From: Fimbriosthenelais zetlandica
Taxonomy: Eukaryota
Direction: 5' to 3'
Assembly: GCA_977030845.1 (NCBI GenBank)
Contig: OZ365114.1
Coordinates: forward strand, 24,428,001-24,492,000
Length of the DNA: 64,000 bases
Shown: piece by piece, positions 26,664 through 38,486 of the stretch
How the letters are laid out: every line of letters starts with the position of its first letter
Position numbering within the stretch: the first letter of the stretch is position 1
Position numbers and translations under genes: made by a program
Notes under the pieces: generated by a model
What the model was told of the DNA's origin: nothing
The model's database searches: none
Seen by the model: only the letters and a program-made list of their open reading frames with translations

Positions 26664-28642
26664 TCTTGCTGTGGCACCCCATGGCTACAGATTGTACATA
26701 CCATTCTGTTTCCATAGACAGCATTAATGGGGTTAACTCGGACTGAATTTCAAGTAGACCGAATTACTGACATTGGTTATCTGAGTGTATGGGATGAGGC
26801 ATTGAAGTCAAATCTAGCTGGTCGCAGCAGGTATTTCCGCTTCCCAATTTACCCAGACTTACCATTCCACTATGAGTGAATGACCAAATGAATGTCAGAA
26901 TTAGGTGATGCCAGTGGGACCATGATTTTACTGGTAGCTAATCAGATGGAGTTCTATATACCAGTGCTTCAGGATGCATTATCAGTACTGCATGGAAATC
27001 AAGCACAGCCGGAAATGGGCCGATAATAGGTCGACAGTGACGAGTGTGGTGACACTGCCAGGACCATCCCAATGCTGCTGCTGACAGAAAGAGAATGAAG
27101 AAAAAAAGAGAAAGAGGAGGACGAGGCAGAGGCAAAATCCCTGATAGAGTGATTGGACAGACCATTTCAAATTCCTTGGACCTTTGGATTCCCCCGACTG
27201 TTCAGCTAATCCCTGTTCAATCTTCCAAATGGAAATGGCAAAATGGACCTTTTCACTGGAACATGTCCCCAGTCTAGACCAAGGCTTGTTGCAACATGAC
27301 TGCCTCTCCTCTTTTCCTGGGACAAATCTGTCCTCTGAGGCCAGAACTTTCCTGAATAGATCACTTCTTGCTCAACTTCCCTTTGGAATATTTTGCTTTA
27401 GTCCCTAGACGGATGTAAGGCAGTCCACAAAGACCTTGCTTAACCCTATAGTCAGAATCAACGCTGATCAAGTTCTCTTTATAGCCTGAATGACTGAATG
27501 GTGTATCGCTAAATATACAGGCTGCAAGAGCTGGCTGGGACCCTCCGAGAACACGGTCTACGCCATTCAGCACAGCAATCCAGACATTAGCAAACAACTT
27601 TCTGTGGTGATAAGGAGCATGTCCTCCCACCACTGAGATTTGGACCAAAATGACAATTATTGAATGTCTGGTTCACGCATAAGCATAAACAAGTATCCAT
27701 ATGAAAAGGGTAACATTCGAACAAACAAATGTTCCCTGTTCTTTACAAAACCCAAGAGGTTTTATACATTTCCCGGGAAATTATAGCAGCCATTTTCTGA
27801 ATGCCAGACATCACTGAATATGGGAGCCTGATAAAGTTCATTTGATTCATCACCAATATCTCTCACTGAGAACATATCAAGATCTAGGTTCAGCCATGCC
27901 AGACTTCTCTCCCCGACTGCTTCCAAAGCCTTTATGTCCATTCAACCTACTTGGCAATACTTGTGCAAGGTGTTAGGTTCCTTTAGAAGCTGTGGTTGGA
28001 ACAGCACCCCGTCTGGCTGCCCACACAAGGTGCTTTCTGCCATCTTCAGACAGTCTCCCCAACAGCAGCCTTCTTCCCATGGGTTGTCACAACCTGAACA
28101 TGTCGTATAGACCACCAGAGCCCCCCAACCCTTTCAATATGAGAATGCATCTATCACCAACCACAGAGTGGCTAGAACTACAGTATCATGACACTTGGTT
28201 TATGAAGGGTTGCTGGTGCATGCAGCCAGTGATACACCCTCAGAAACATTTTTATTATATATAGGCGTGGTACAACATTTAATAGCTATACCCTGTGCCT
28301 CATGTGACTAGGACCCAACCCTGAATATGCTATGTAGTAAGAATCAGGCAGCTTTAATTCCTAAGGCATGATTCGCTGCGGTTCCTATGTTCACTGACAA
28401 TTTGATTGCGATAGAGCAAAGACAGTTTCTGTAGTCATGCTCAGGTGATAAAACCACAGGGATATATATGGTGCTCTATACCAATGTGTGAGCAGGGTTC
28501 TAATGCCGCTGTGCTGCAGTGGCTGCAGGACAGATATTATATTGATTTCACACGTTATATTCCACATCATGATTACAATCAGAGTGTTCATGGTTTTTAA
28601 TACTGATGAATTTTCTGTCTAATGTAATTTAATCACAGGGGT

Positions 28643-28803
28643 TTGTTGGGATATTTTTAGCTGGTAATTTGCTGTCTGTGGCCCGCTGTGTTGTTGGGAT
28701 ATTTTCAGCTGATAATTTCCTGTTTGTGACCCCTTTGTTGCGATATTTTCAGCTAATAATTTTTTCTTCGTCACCCGCTGTTTTCACGATCATTTCAGCG
28801 GAT
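28643..28803. repeat. Minisatellite, about 3.5 copies of a 44-48 bp unit
   Basis: Units start at 28643, 28691, 28735 and (degenerate) about 28782. The consensus is about TTGTTGGGATATTTTCAGCTGATAATTTCCTGT.TGTGACCCGCTGT. Confidence 0.9.
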
Positions 28804-29110
28804 GTCTGACATAATCAAAACTTTACTCCTGGGTATGACTAATCTCCACTGTATTTATCTGTGGGTACAGGTAGTTGCCTCACCATCTTCTCACTAAAAC
28901 AACCATAACCAGTGTAGTGTGGTTATTTATTTCCCATTATTATACATGAAAGCATCCACCCTTGCTACACAGCTTACCTCAACCAGAGATGATACATACT
29001 AAGTGGCTTTATGTTCCCCCCTCAGCCTCTTTACTGTAACTAGAATAGCCAGCTGAACCAAACACTGCTGTCTCTTGCCGCATCTCTTGACACATTCCCA
29101 TCGTTTATTA

Positions 29111-29137
29111 ATAAGCACAGTGAGACATAAGCACAGT
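29111..29137. repeat. Microduplication, period 16
   Basis: ATAAGCACAGT at 29111-29121 and 29127-29137. Confidence 0.65.
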
Positions 29138-32100
29138 CGCTGACAGTTTGAGTCGTGCCAGCAGCGCTCTCTTCTCTTTACCCTCTGACCTCTTCTGACG
29201 CCAATGAGCCTGGCTAAGTACCGTCCACGAACCTCAGAGCAGGATGCCTACTGTTAGATCTCAGCGGAGAATCACTGCCAACCTCGTCCAATGGTTTCCT
29301 CTCGTTTTCCAGGATACCAGTTCACACGGAAGACCATGAATTTCTTATCAACTCCCTCAGGCTATACAGAATCTTGTCACTACCCCATGTGAGAAGCTTT
29401 CTTTTAGTACTGCTTATATGATATCCCAAGAGAACTCCGATATTGATATGACCATCAGACAGCTTGGGGGAAACGACAAACTCCATGGCAATTATATCAA
29501 AACGTGCAACTTGCCTTTTGCAAAGCTATAATACATGGAAAGATATGAATAATTTTCCCAAATTTGACACTTTCAGGATATTTATTATTTAATTGATATC
29601 TATATGAAAATCTAACGCGAATTAAAGCTTTCCACAGTGTGAAGTTAGCAATGGCTGGAACACTTTTTTGAAACGGCCCAAGAGATTAGTTTTGTGCAGA
29701 CCACATTTTAGTCTCACGGCTGGTAAATACTTTAAGCGGTGAAATGTTCATTTAGGGTTTTACGCTAATGGAGGTTGTTGCCAATAGAACACAGCATCGT
29801 GGACTCACTTTATGCTGGAAAGGCTTTGTCTTCATTCCTGCCTTTTGAAATGTTGACAGGTGCGACATTTAATGCATGCACCACGTTCTGAAATTATTTT
29901 CACGAGGCGGAGGTTTCAAACATAGAACATTACTTAAGTTCATATGTTGAATAATTAATCTATTAAATTCAAAATTCGTCTTCAGAAAGTACTCTGGTAC
30001 ACTATATCTTAACGTGCAAACTACTGCAAGTTCTTCAAGTATATAAATGGACTGATCTAAAAGGCAATCTGCCTTTGAACTAAACTATTGATTTTCGCTC
30101 CACCTTGATAGTTTGACACCACTTCGCACCTCTTCCTCAGGTAGGCTATTCTCAAGGATGCAATAGGAAATCATACGAAGGTTTCAAAGTAAACAGGGGT
30201 GTCATCACTCTTTGTGCTGAACCTAATTATTTGGGTGCATCTTTCAAAGGGATATGAGGGGAGCAAGGCTTTTGTTATCTTTCAGTCACATGTGGCAGTT
30301 GTGGGACCTTTTAACCGGTATGTCTATGCATTTATATAAACGAGAAAGCAACCAATTGACTGTAAAAGGCAAAAATAAATTTGCGAAATTATGTTTGGCA
30401 GCCTTGAAGGTGTTACCACTTTTAGGTAATGAACACACTAGACCCAACCATATGGGATCTTCCCATCACTTAGCAAGGAGTATTGCATCCACAGACCATA
30501 CCCTGGGAAATAGTAAATTTCCTAAATAGCCCTGGGCAGAGTTGGGACAACCAGGACTCCATGTGCACTCTTTGCCTAATCTATTTAGCTGGGTCATGAG
30601 ACCTATACTTGTGGAAACACTATCCTTTACTTCTGACCAACGATTCTGGCCATGAGTAACAAAGATCATGATTTTCTTCCATTCCAACAACTTGACTTTT
30701 CGTTGAGGATATTAGATTATAAAGTTAACGGTGATTTAGATTCTAGTTTGTGTGGGGTTATTTCGTGAGGCCATCAGCTGCCGGCGACAGTCCAGTCCTG
30801 AAATCTTGGGAAACATTCGATTCTCCACTGTCAGCCTCTCTGACCGCTGGCCCAATAAACAAGCCTTATTGAGGGTAAACGGCCACAGCTGCAATGCCCA
30901 AGCTCTATATATCTAAATACAGTGGTCCCAGGGCTAGCTTACTGATCTCCGATTACTGTAAATTCCGGTGAATTCTGTTTGTATTTTCAAGATTCTTTTC
31001 TCTGTCTATAGTACATGCTACCATGAATTCGTCAAGAGCTTTATTGTTTAAAATTTATAATTCTGTTATTTATAAGTGCAGAATATGTTGAGCAACACAT
31101 CTCCAATCCGAAGTGAATGTTTATTTATTGCAATGTAGATCTGTTCTCTATCGAATATTTTGTTACACATACAATTGGAAAAATGTCACCAGCATATCCT
31201 ATATCCCTGACCTATGCGCTATATACAATATTATTCTGAGGAGACATTGTGCTATGCCAATGTAGGCTGAGTGCAGGGAAATGGTCGTCAGTGCCTTATC
31301 TATTGTCAGTCTATTATTCTGGTCCATTAATGGGAATACCTCTTTGAGAGATCTGGTCCTTCCTGTCTCTAAAAGCTCTAGGAAGGAAGACTGCAATATA
31401 GCCCCACGTAAATGGCAGTTAATCATTTGTTAAATTCTCGGTTATATTGGCTTGGAAAACTTTCAGCATCCTTAAAATATGGTTTTTGGTATACTCCCTT
31501 TCGACCTCTGCTTCACAATTGATGAAGTCTTGTTTTTTTAATGTTCATTGTCATGATTCAATGACATATCCCAGAATCCGGAGGTTTTACCTGACTCGTC
31601 TAAGGATGAATCCCAGTGGAACGGAGGCCGTCCATCATTTTTGTTTAAGCTTAGTCAGGGCACATGAATCAAGAAGCTAGCTGAATACAGATTTCTGTTC
31701 TGGCAGTAGACTCTTATGTCTTCAGTCCGCAAACCAGACTCTCTTTATGGGCTCTAAACCAGGCAGGCTGTAATCAATCCTAAACGGTCAGCCATTGTGA
31801 GGGAGGAATAAAAGGCAAGTTAACGGACTTGTGACTTCAATAAGGACATTAGACCACAGGCTGAGAGACTTATCTACCAAGGTCCATGTAGTGCTGTGAT
31901 TATTTACTCTCCCTACATCAATGTTTGTGTCCACTACTTTATATCCACACACACACCTCTAATACATCATTGACCTTTTTTGATGTCACAGAATTGTGAA
32001 TCACACCTATAAGCTTCCAGAGTATGAAGTAGTGTACTGCTTCTATCCTGTGCAGAACATAAACCATCCTAACATTGCATAGTTTTACAACTTACTGTAC

Positions 32101-32223
32101 CATACCTATAGCTGCTAACGTCTTATGGCGAGAGGCACGTTGAGGTGGAAACTGAAAGAGAAAATTCATGGGACGGAGTTGAGCCAATTTGATCTAGAAA
32201 CACCTGCATTAATGTGGAAAAAA

Positions 32224-32290
32224 ATGTAGCTAGGTAGTAGAGCAGGTGGCCGCATGTGAGCCGGCAGTAATGTGGGTTTATCCTTCACAC
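32224..32290 (+). other. Degenerate tRNA-like sequence (SINE head or tRNA pseudogene)
   Basis: TAGCTAGGTAGTAGAGC (32227-32243) resembles the tRNA D-arm/A box TAGCTCAGTGGTAGAGC. GGGTTTATCC (32274-32283) resembles the B box GGGTTCGATCC. No intact cloverleaf. Confidence 0.28.
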
Positions 32291-35200
32291 TCACATTATA
32301 CCATCATCTGACCTGACTTTCAATATATCCTCTTACCGTAAATAACTCGATCATCAACCGTGATTGGTATGATAATATTCCTACCCCAGTCTCACTGTCA
32401 TACTCCCGTCTTCTGTATAGGTATTCAGTCCTTAATACCTATACTCAAAACTCTTTCTGGCTGATAAAAGTACAAAATTGACATTTCTGCTATAGATGTA
32501 AATAAGGACCCCTCCCGACATACAATATTTTTGCATCTAGGGGTCCCGCTGATGTAGCTCCCCCACATTTTGGATTTGATGTCCAATAATTGCCTTTTAT
32601 GGAGAGGGAGACTTCTTATTTCATTTTGAAGCCATAAATGTTTCATCTGTGTCCCCAGGCGTTCTCCTCATAAACGTCCATCAGCTGCCTTATGCACCCT
32701 TGCCAACTCTTAGAGCTGAAGTGGCATAATGGGCCACTTGCATAAGATCGCCATGATTACCTCAAGCCTTCCCCCGGAGCTCACCTTGAGAGTGGCGGCA
32801 TGGTGGAGTACGGCTTGAAGGACGGGGAATACATACAAGCGACACTTTCATCGAGCGAGCGCTATTGATATGGCTTGGTTTACACTCATAATTGTGTTCA
32901 CGTTCTCCACGTCCTCCACGTTTGTCTGAAACGGCATGAACCTGACAGAACCTGGGAGGACGTGAAGGGGAATGTGACCTTGATGGCTGGGTCTGCTCTT
33001 GAAAAATGTTTGAATGTCAAAAATATGGCCACGTTTTCAGAATAAAACAAACAATATACCTATAACCTAGCATAATAAGCCCTCCGAATGTCTGCCCCAT
33101 TCAATCTACTATACCGTTAGTGTATTACATATAAATACTTATTCTATTTTTCCTTCAATTTACAGATCTAGTGTCTGTATAACATAACATAATGTACTTC
33201 TATAAGTTATAACTCTAGTTCTATGTAATACTACTTTATTCCGCGTTTCTCTATCAAGGCCTCATTATTGACTTTCCATGCAGAATCTGCCTGTATTCCA
33301 TGCACCATCTGGTCTTGGCATAAATTTTCAGCCATTTATCGACCGATAATACCCTGCTTATCTACCCTTACCACCAGAATACTCTACCTATCTCCCATAA
33401 ACCATCACTAGTCTCCAATTTGTGTAAATATTCACGTCAGAATTTTATAATCTCTGATCAATTCAATGAATTTTAAGGAGTCAAATGTCCATATGTCACC
33501 CCTGTATAGTGACCTCATGCAGCGTATCATGATGACTGTACAGTCACTATAGAGGTCTCAGCTTGATGTCATTACAAAAGACTATGTTCCTATTGATTTT
33601 CCATCCACGACTGTATGTAACTATGCTCCAGGTGGTCAGGCAAGCCTGTACACAACAATGCGTACAGTATGCTTTTGCATGATGAGAGCCCATCCTCTCC
33701 TCGGGCATGTCTTTCAGATTCGGGAGTGTTCTGGCAAAGAAAATACCCCTGGGGTTGTCAAGATAACCTGGGCCTCTGCTGCTCATGATAAGGCTAACGA
33801 CTTAGCTGGGTATAACACCAGCATACCAAACACAATAGTGGTGAATTCATCTGAGTTGAGAACTAATGAGATCCTCATAACAAAATCAAGGACATTACTC
33901 TGCAATATGATGTAAGAATCCTCTGTGATAATTAGTGGACTGATCTGATTTGTTTCATGGCATTTGTTTTACATAACCTTATGTTGTCCACTTCGTAATA
34001 TTTCTTAATAATAAAATTACACATTCGAAACACTTATCATTGATATGATTAGTCAGCCATTGTGAAGATTTCTAGCTTCATATGAAGGCAAATTTCAGAT
34101 GCCATAGTATAGCATTCTTTGTTGAGTTTCTGAATTGCCTCATGACATGCTAGAACCTTATTACATAAATTGCGTACTTTGTTCTTGTTGCTTTCATCAA
34201 AACAGACCTACTTCTCCTTTCTGAACAACATCCAGAAGCTTGTAGCTATTAGGATGTCATAACAATATAGACGAACCCTGAATGTGAGATCCTCCAACAT
34301 CACAGTCTGTGTCTTCTTTAATATGAGACGAACTTCTAGTCTATTTGACCCACTTCCATAAACCATCCATTATCATTACCCAAACACTCAAACTGGAGCG
34401 TTCATCATTTTAATGCAACTAATGGGGGCGTACATGGACCTCCCCAACATGAAAAATCTCCCTCGCTGTAGATTTCTCAATATTAAATAGCTGGTTTGGT
34501 ACCAATTGATTTCATTCATACCGGAAATGATCAGTCTTCTGATCTAGAGCAATCAATAACCGATCCTCTTGGGCCACTCCATACAGTGAGGCTCGACCTC
34601 ATGGTGTTTCAAATAAGCATTGGATGCCATTTTCACCTTTTAACTCTGTAGTACCTAGTTATTTTTATTTAAGTCTTCGTCAATTTAGACAAACCTCCGG
34701 CATTTGCTTCATCGTTATATTTAAAATCTGGCGAATAAACTGTTCGGAAATGTCTAGAGACTCACCACAACAAAGATGATACACTGATGCACATGACAAG
34801 GCATGTAGGATGTCATGTGACTGTCATGTGATCAGGGTCCAGATCTGGTCAGTCTGTAAACCCTGACAGCTCCTGGTCTGTGGAGACCTCTTGTCCAGGC
34901 CAACCTGATATAGATCGTCCCCTACTCCTTCCCAGTGGAGTATTCAGATATTTTACATAATCACACGCATTCTACATCTGCAATGATTTAAGTGTCGTCA
35001 AGCTACCAAACATGCCAGATAGCGTGAGCGGATATTCAAAGGGAAATGGCCAGGAAATTCTTAGGTCATAACTGTCAGAGACATTTGTGAGCCTCGATAT
35101 AGGAGGAAATATGACCAAAATTGATTTTTCCCATGTCAGGGGTTGCAGTGTATAAAGCTCACCATATAGTCTCAAATTCCGTTGAAAAAACGAATCTGAT

Positions 35201-36452
35201 TCTGAAGTTAATGCAGTATAGTCGATCTACATGTGTTTTTTGCTAATCTTCCACTGTGTTAGACAACAATGGTACTTTTAGTTACTCGATGAATTTTGCC
35301 ACGGTGCAGCGAGAACAGTCAGGAAGCTAGTACTGACTGCAAAAGTCTCAAAACAGGAGGAATATGAGAGAATTGATGAGAATTGAGGACTAACAAATCT
35401 CTTTGTGGGGCCGTCTAATACATGCACACAAGGATAATGTATGAGTGTTGTCACAAGTGACAACCAATCCCCATGTATTCCCTCCTAAAAGCACAAATTA
35501 CGACTCGTCTCCAACACCTAACAAAGAGGGATGTAATCAGCTGGGAGGAGGGATCACCGACATCCTATCCGCCTCATTCTTCAATGAATGATGGCATGTT
35601 GGGTGCCAAAATGTGAAACCAGAGGAGGAAAATCGTTACTCCCTACTCAATACAGGCCACACAAACAAGCTTAAAGCATGGCTACTACATCATCTCTGCC
35701 TATTCGGCTACTTTCAAAGCCTTAAAGCACAAAGACAAGCTCTGAAACTAAGTAACTCCGGGTGGAGTGTATGCGACTCCTTACCACCAGTTTATATATG
35801 AGGCACCAAGTAATCAGAGAATGGGATTGCTCCCCATTGAATGCCGGGAGAATAAGAGATTTGATTTTGAGTAAATAGCTTTCCTTGTTTCATTCAGTAA
35901 AGGCAAGGTGTCATACATGAGGCTAAAAAGATAATAACGAGAAGAGGGATGTTCTTCAATACTTTGTAAAGAGAGAGTCAAAGTCGAGGTGGCTGCTAGA
36001 GATATTATTGTTGCACCAGAAATGTGATTAGGTTTGTGAAGCTGAAGACATCACATTAAAGTAGATTTTTTAATAGTTCTTTTAGAATATTTCATTGTGG
36101 CTTATAGTAGTAGACGCAGATAAGCGCATTAACAATTCAGCCCTGACAGTTACTGTTTCAGTTGGTGTCAGAAATACATTATATAAAAATGGCGTTGTGC
36201 AATAGTGCATATCATAAAAAAAAACGGTTGATGTCACAAAAAAAAGTGCATTATGCATACCAGTATTGGACTTGCCCTGTTACAGGTCTGCATAATATGG
36301 CAATGAAGAGACTCTGGAATACAATGTCAGCGAGTAAAGGCCTATAGCCCGAGCACAAGAGCACATTTCTCCATAGGCGAGTAATATGGAATTAGAGATT
36401 CTATTCGTGATGGGGGGTCGTTAGCAAGTCTAATTTTGTGTTATCTGTACAG

Positions 36453-36565
36453 TGAGGCCAGTGTTGTCAGCTTGCAGCGCTGGCACCAGGCTGTTTACTA
36501 TCTCCACTCTTATCAACATCTGTCGGTCCGGGTTAGATCGCATGTCACTTCATATGCCAGGGGTG
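36453..36565 (+). CDS. Candidate internal exon (113 nt), product unknown
   Basis: CTAAT at 36430, TTTTGTGTTATCTGTACAG acceptor and GTG|GTAAGC donor (GT 36566). Two of three frames are open: (V)RPVLSACSAGTRLFTISTLINICRSGLDRMSLHMPGV or EASVVSLQRWHQAVYYLHSYQHLSVRVRSHVTSYARG. Confidence 0.3.
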
Positions 36566-38457
36566 GTAAGCAAAAGAGGAATATGTGCAAAAGAGGCAGG
36601 GCGTGTACAACATAACAACATTTTCGCCTCACGTTTATATATTTACCTTGTATGGCAGATTAAGTAAGAAAGCGATCCTTATCAATGAAGTACAATTGGA
36701 AAGGGATGCATTATACATGAATTTACTAAATAACAGTCATTGTGAGGCATTCAATCAGGCTCTAATTGCGAGTAAAATGCTTTTAAGAGGAGGTGAAAGG
36801 TGTAATACATTCTCTATCCGTGAAAGCCGAGCTCTGATTATGGTCTCATTTTAGCTTGAGGCAGCCATGGATTAAGTAGGTTCTGCAATGCTGTCAGGGA
36901 GGAGGATTATATCAAAAAGCAAGTCCTGTGTATCCACCATTGGTTGTAGGCATTATTGTAAGGAGAGTCTCTTATAGCTATTATATCCATTACATCCACA
37001 AAAAAGCCATTATTCTGAGATAAGCTGCCTAGGCTAATGACTAGATACTGTGGCTGGATGGTTCTCATGTAAACAATAGTCTTACGGACTATTGCTCTTC
37101 TATCCTCTTGCAGGTTTTACAGCAATATAAGCTAATGTACAAAAGGGGTTCAAGATTTTACTATTGGTGCAACCTTACTAGATACAAGCATGTGTGAAAT
37201 TTGCCTGAGCCTCAAAGGCATCCACCTTTCAGGCTCAGATGCTTTGTGATGGAGGCATTGCAGCACAGCATGTATTTTTTGTATCCATCACCTCAACGGA
37301 GAACACTTATAAACATGAAAAGTGAGCCCGGGAAATACAACCGCTACACAAAAGCAGCTGTTACTCCTGTGATGCATTATTTCTCCCCACTATCAGTTTT
37401 GAATATGGCAGTAAGATGAATGAAGTATGCTTTACTTGAAACCAGATCCTACTTATTTGCGACAAAAAATGGCATTTGTTTTGTAAAGATCTGGGCAGAG
37501 AGAACAGTGGGTAACATATTACAAGCAATAAATACCAGACTAAAGCGAGGAAGGAAGCAGCAGCATACTGTATCTCATGTAAAGGGTGGTCTGCTCCATA
37601 GGAAAATCTATGCTACTTTTTATATTAATCATAATTTTGCAATTAATCTTATTTGTGCAGGAGCAACTGGAAGAATGAAGTCTGGGATGATCAATTGCCT
37701 ATATCTGCCAACTTCAAAACTCATTATCCATTGACGACTCGGGTTAATTGATAATGGACATTCTGACATTTTCTGATTGGGATTATTGACATTTTATAAG
37801 TTGCCCTTGTAATCTGGTGTTCAGGTCGTTGCAGATGACATATCTAGCCATCTCTTAATTTGTACGCCCCCAAAGGAAGATGTGAGATGTGTTTTATATA
37901 GTAGAGAAAAACTTAAAAGACTGAGGTGTATAGATCATCCAATTGCAAACCTGGCTTATTTAAGGTATGGGATGAGTCCACTATAAAAAGCCGGTAAAAT
38001 GTGATAGCCTTTGTATTAAGAGTCGGGGTGAGATGGCCTGAAGCTATAGGGTCTCATGTAGGGTGAGGATCAAGACCCAGTTAGGAGTGCCTAGGGAGGA
38101 AGCTTTGCCTCTTGGGAGAGATTTGCCTCTGCCAGTGGGCAGAAGAGGGTGGTAGCGTGAGTGCACGTGAGTGTCAGAATAGTACTGGCCAAATTGATGT
38201 ATTTCCTCATGTTTGTACTCAATTCTTGACCTCAATAATCTCCACGAACATTGCACAGATGATGAGGGTTCACATGGGAAGTGAAGGCCTGTCTACTGAT
38301 GGAAAACATTATTTGAATTGGACAATCTTTATGCACTGCCATGTCATCTATATGTACATGTGCACTATTGTAAAAGAGTTAGTTGCTATTGAGAAAACAT
38401 TATTTGTGTTGCAGAAAATATTTTCAAATAATATATTTACATATTTTATATTTTCAG

Positions 38458-38486
38458 GTGAGTATGATTGCATGGAGATCTGGTTT
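38458..38486 (+). other. Candidate 29-nt microexon or recursive-splicing exon
   Basis: ATATTTTATATTTTCAG|GTGAGT, where the acceptor is immediately followed by a perfect donor. A second donor TTT|GTAAGT lies 29 nt later (GT 38487). Confidence 0.3.

Noticed and set aside
26718-27210. Protein-like + frame (DIGYLSVWDEALKSNLAGRSRYFRFP...) suggesting a pseudogene or stop-codon reassignment
   Set aside because: About 7 stops of all three types in about 160 codons is close to random expectation. No family is recognised.
29313-29390. Strong acceptor TTTCCTCTCGTTTTCCAG with a phase-1-compatible frame (GYQFTRKTMNF...)
   Set aside because: Only a weak donor (CAT|GTGAGA) precedes the stop, so there is no independent support.
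30918-30975. TACAGTGGTCCC and TACTGTAAATTCCG, Tc1/mariner-like terminus words
   Set aside because: No correctly oriented partner TIR was found.
32746-32930. +1 frame fragments LRVAAWW and WFTLIIV resembling ionotropic glutamate receptor M3
   Set aside because: The fragments are about 25 codons apart and interrupted by stops, and the SYTANLAAF motif is absent.
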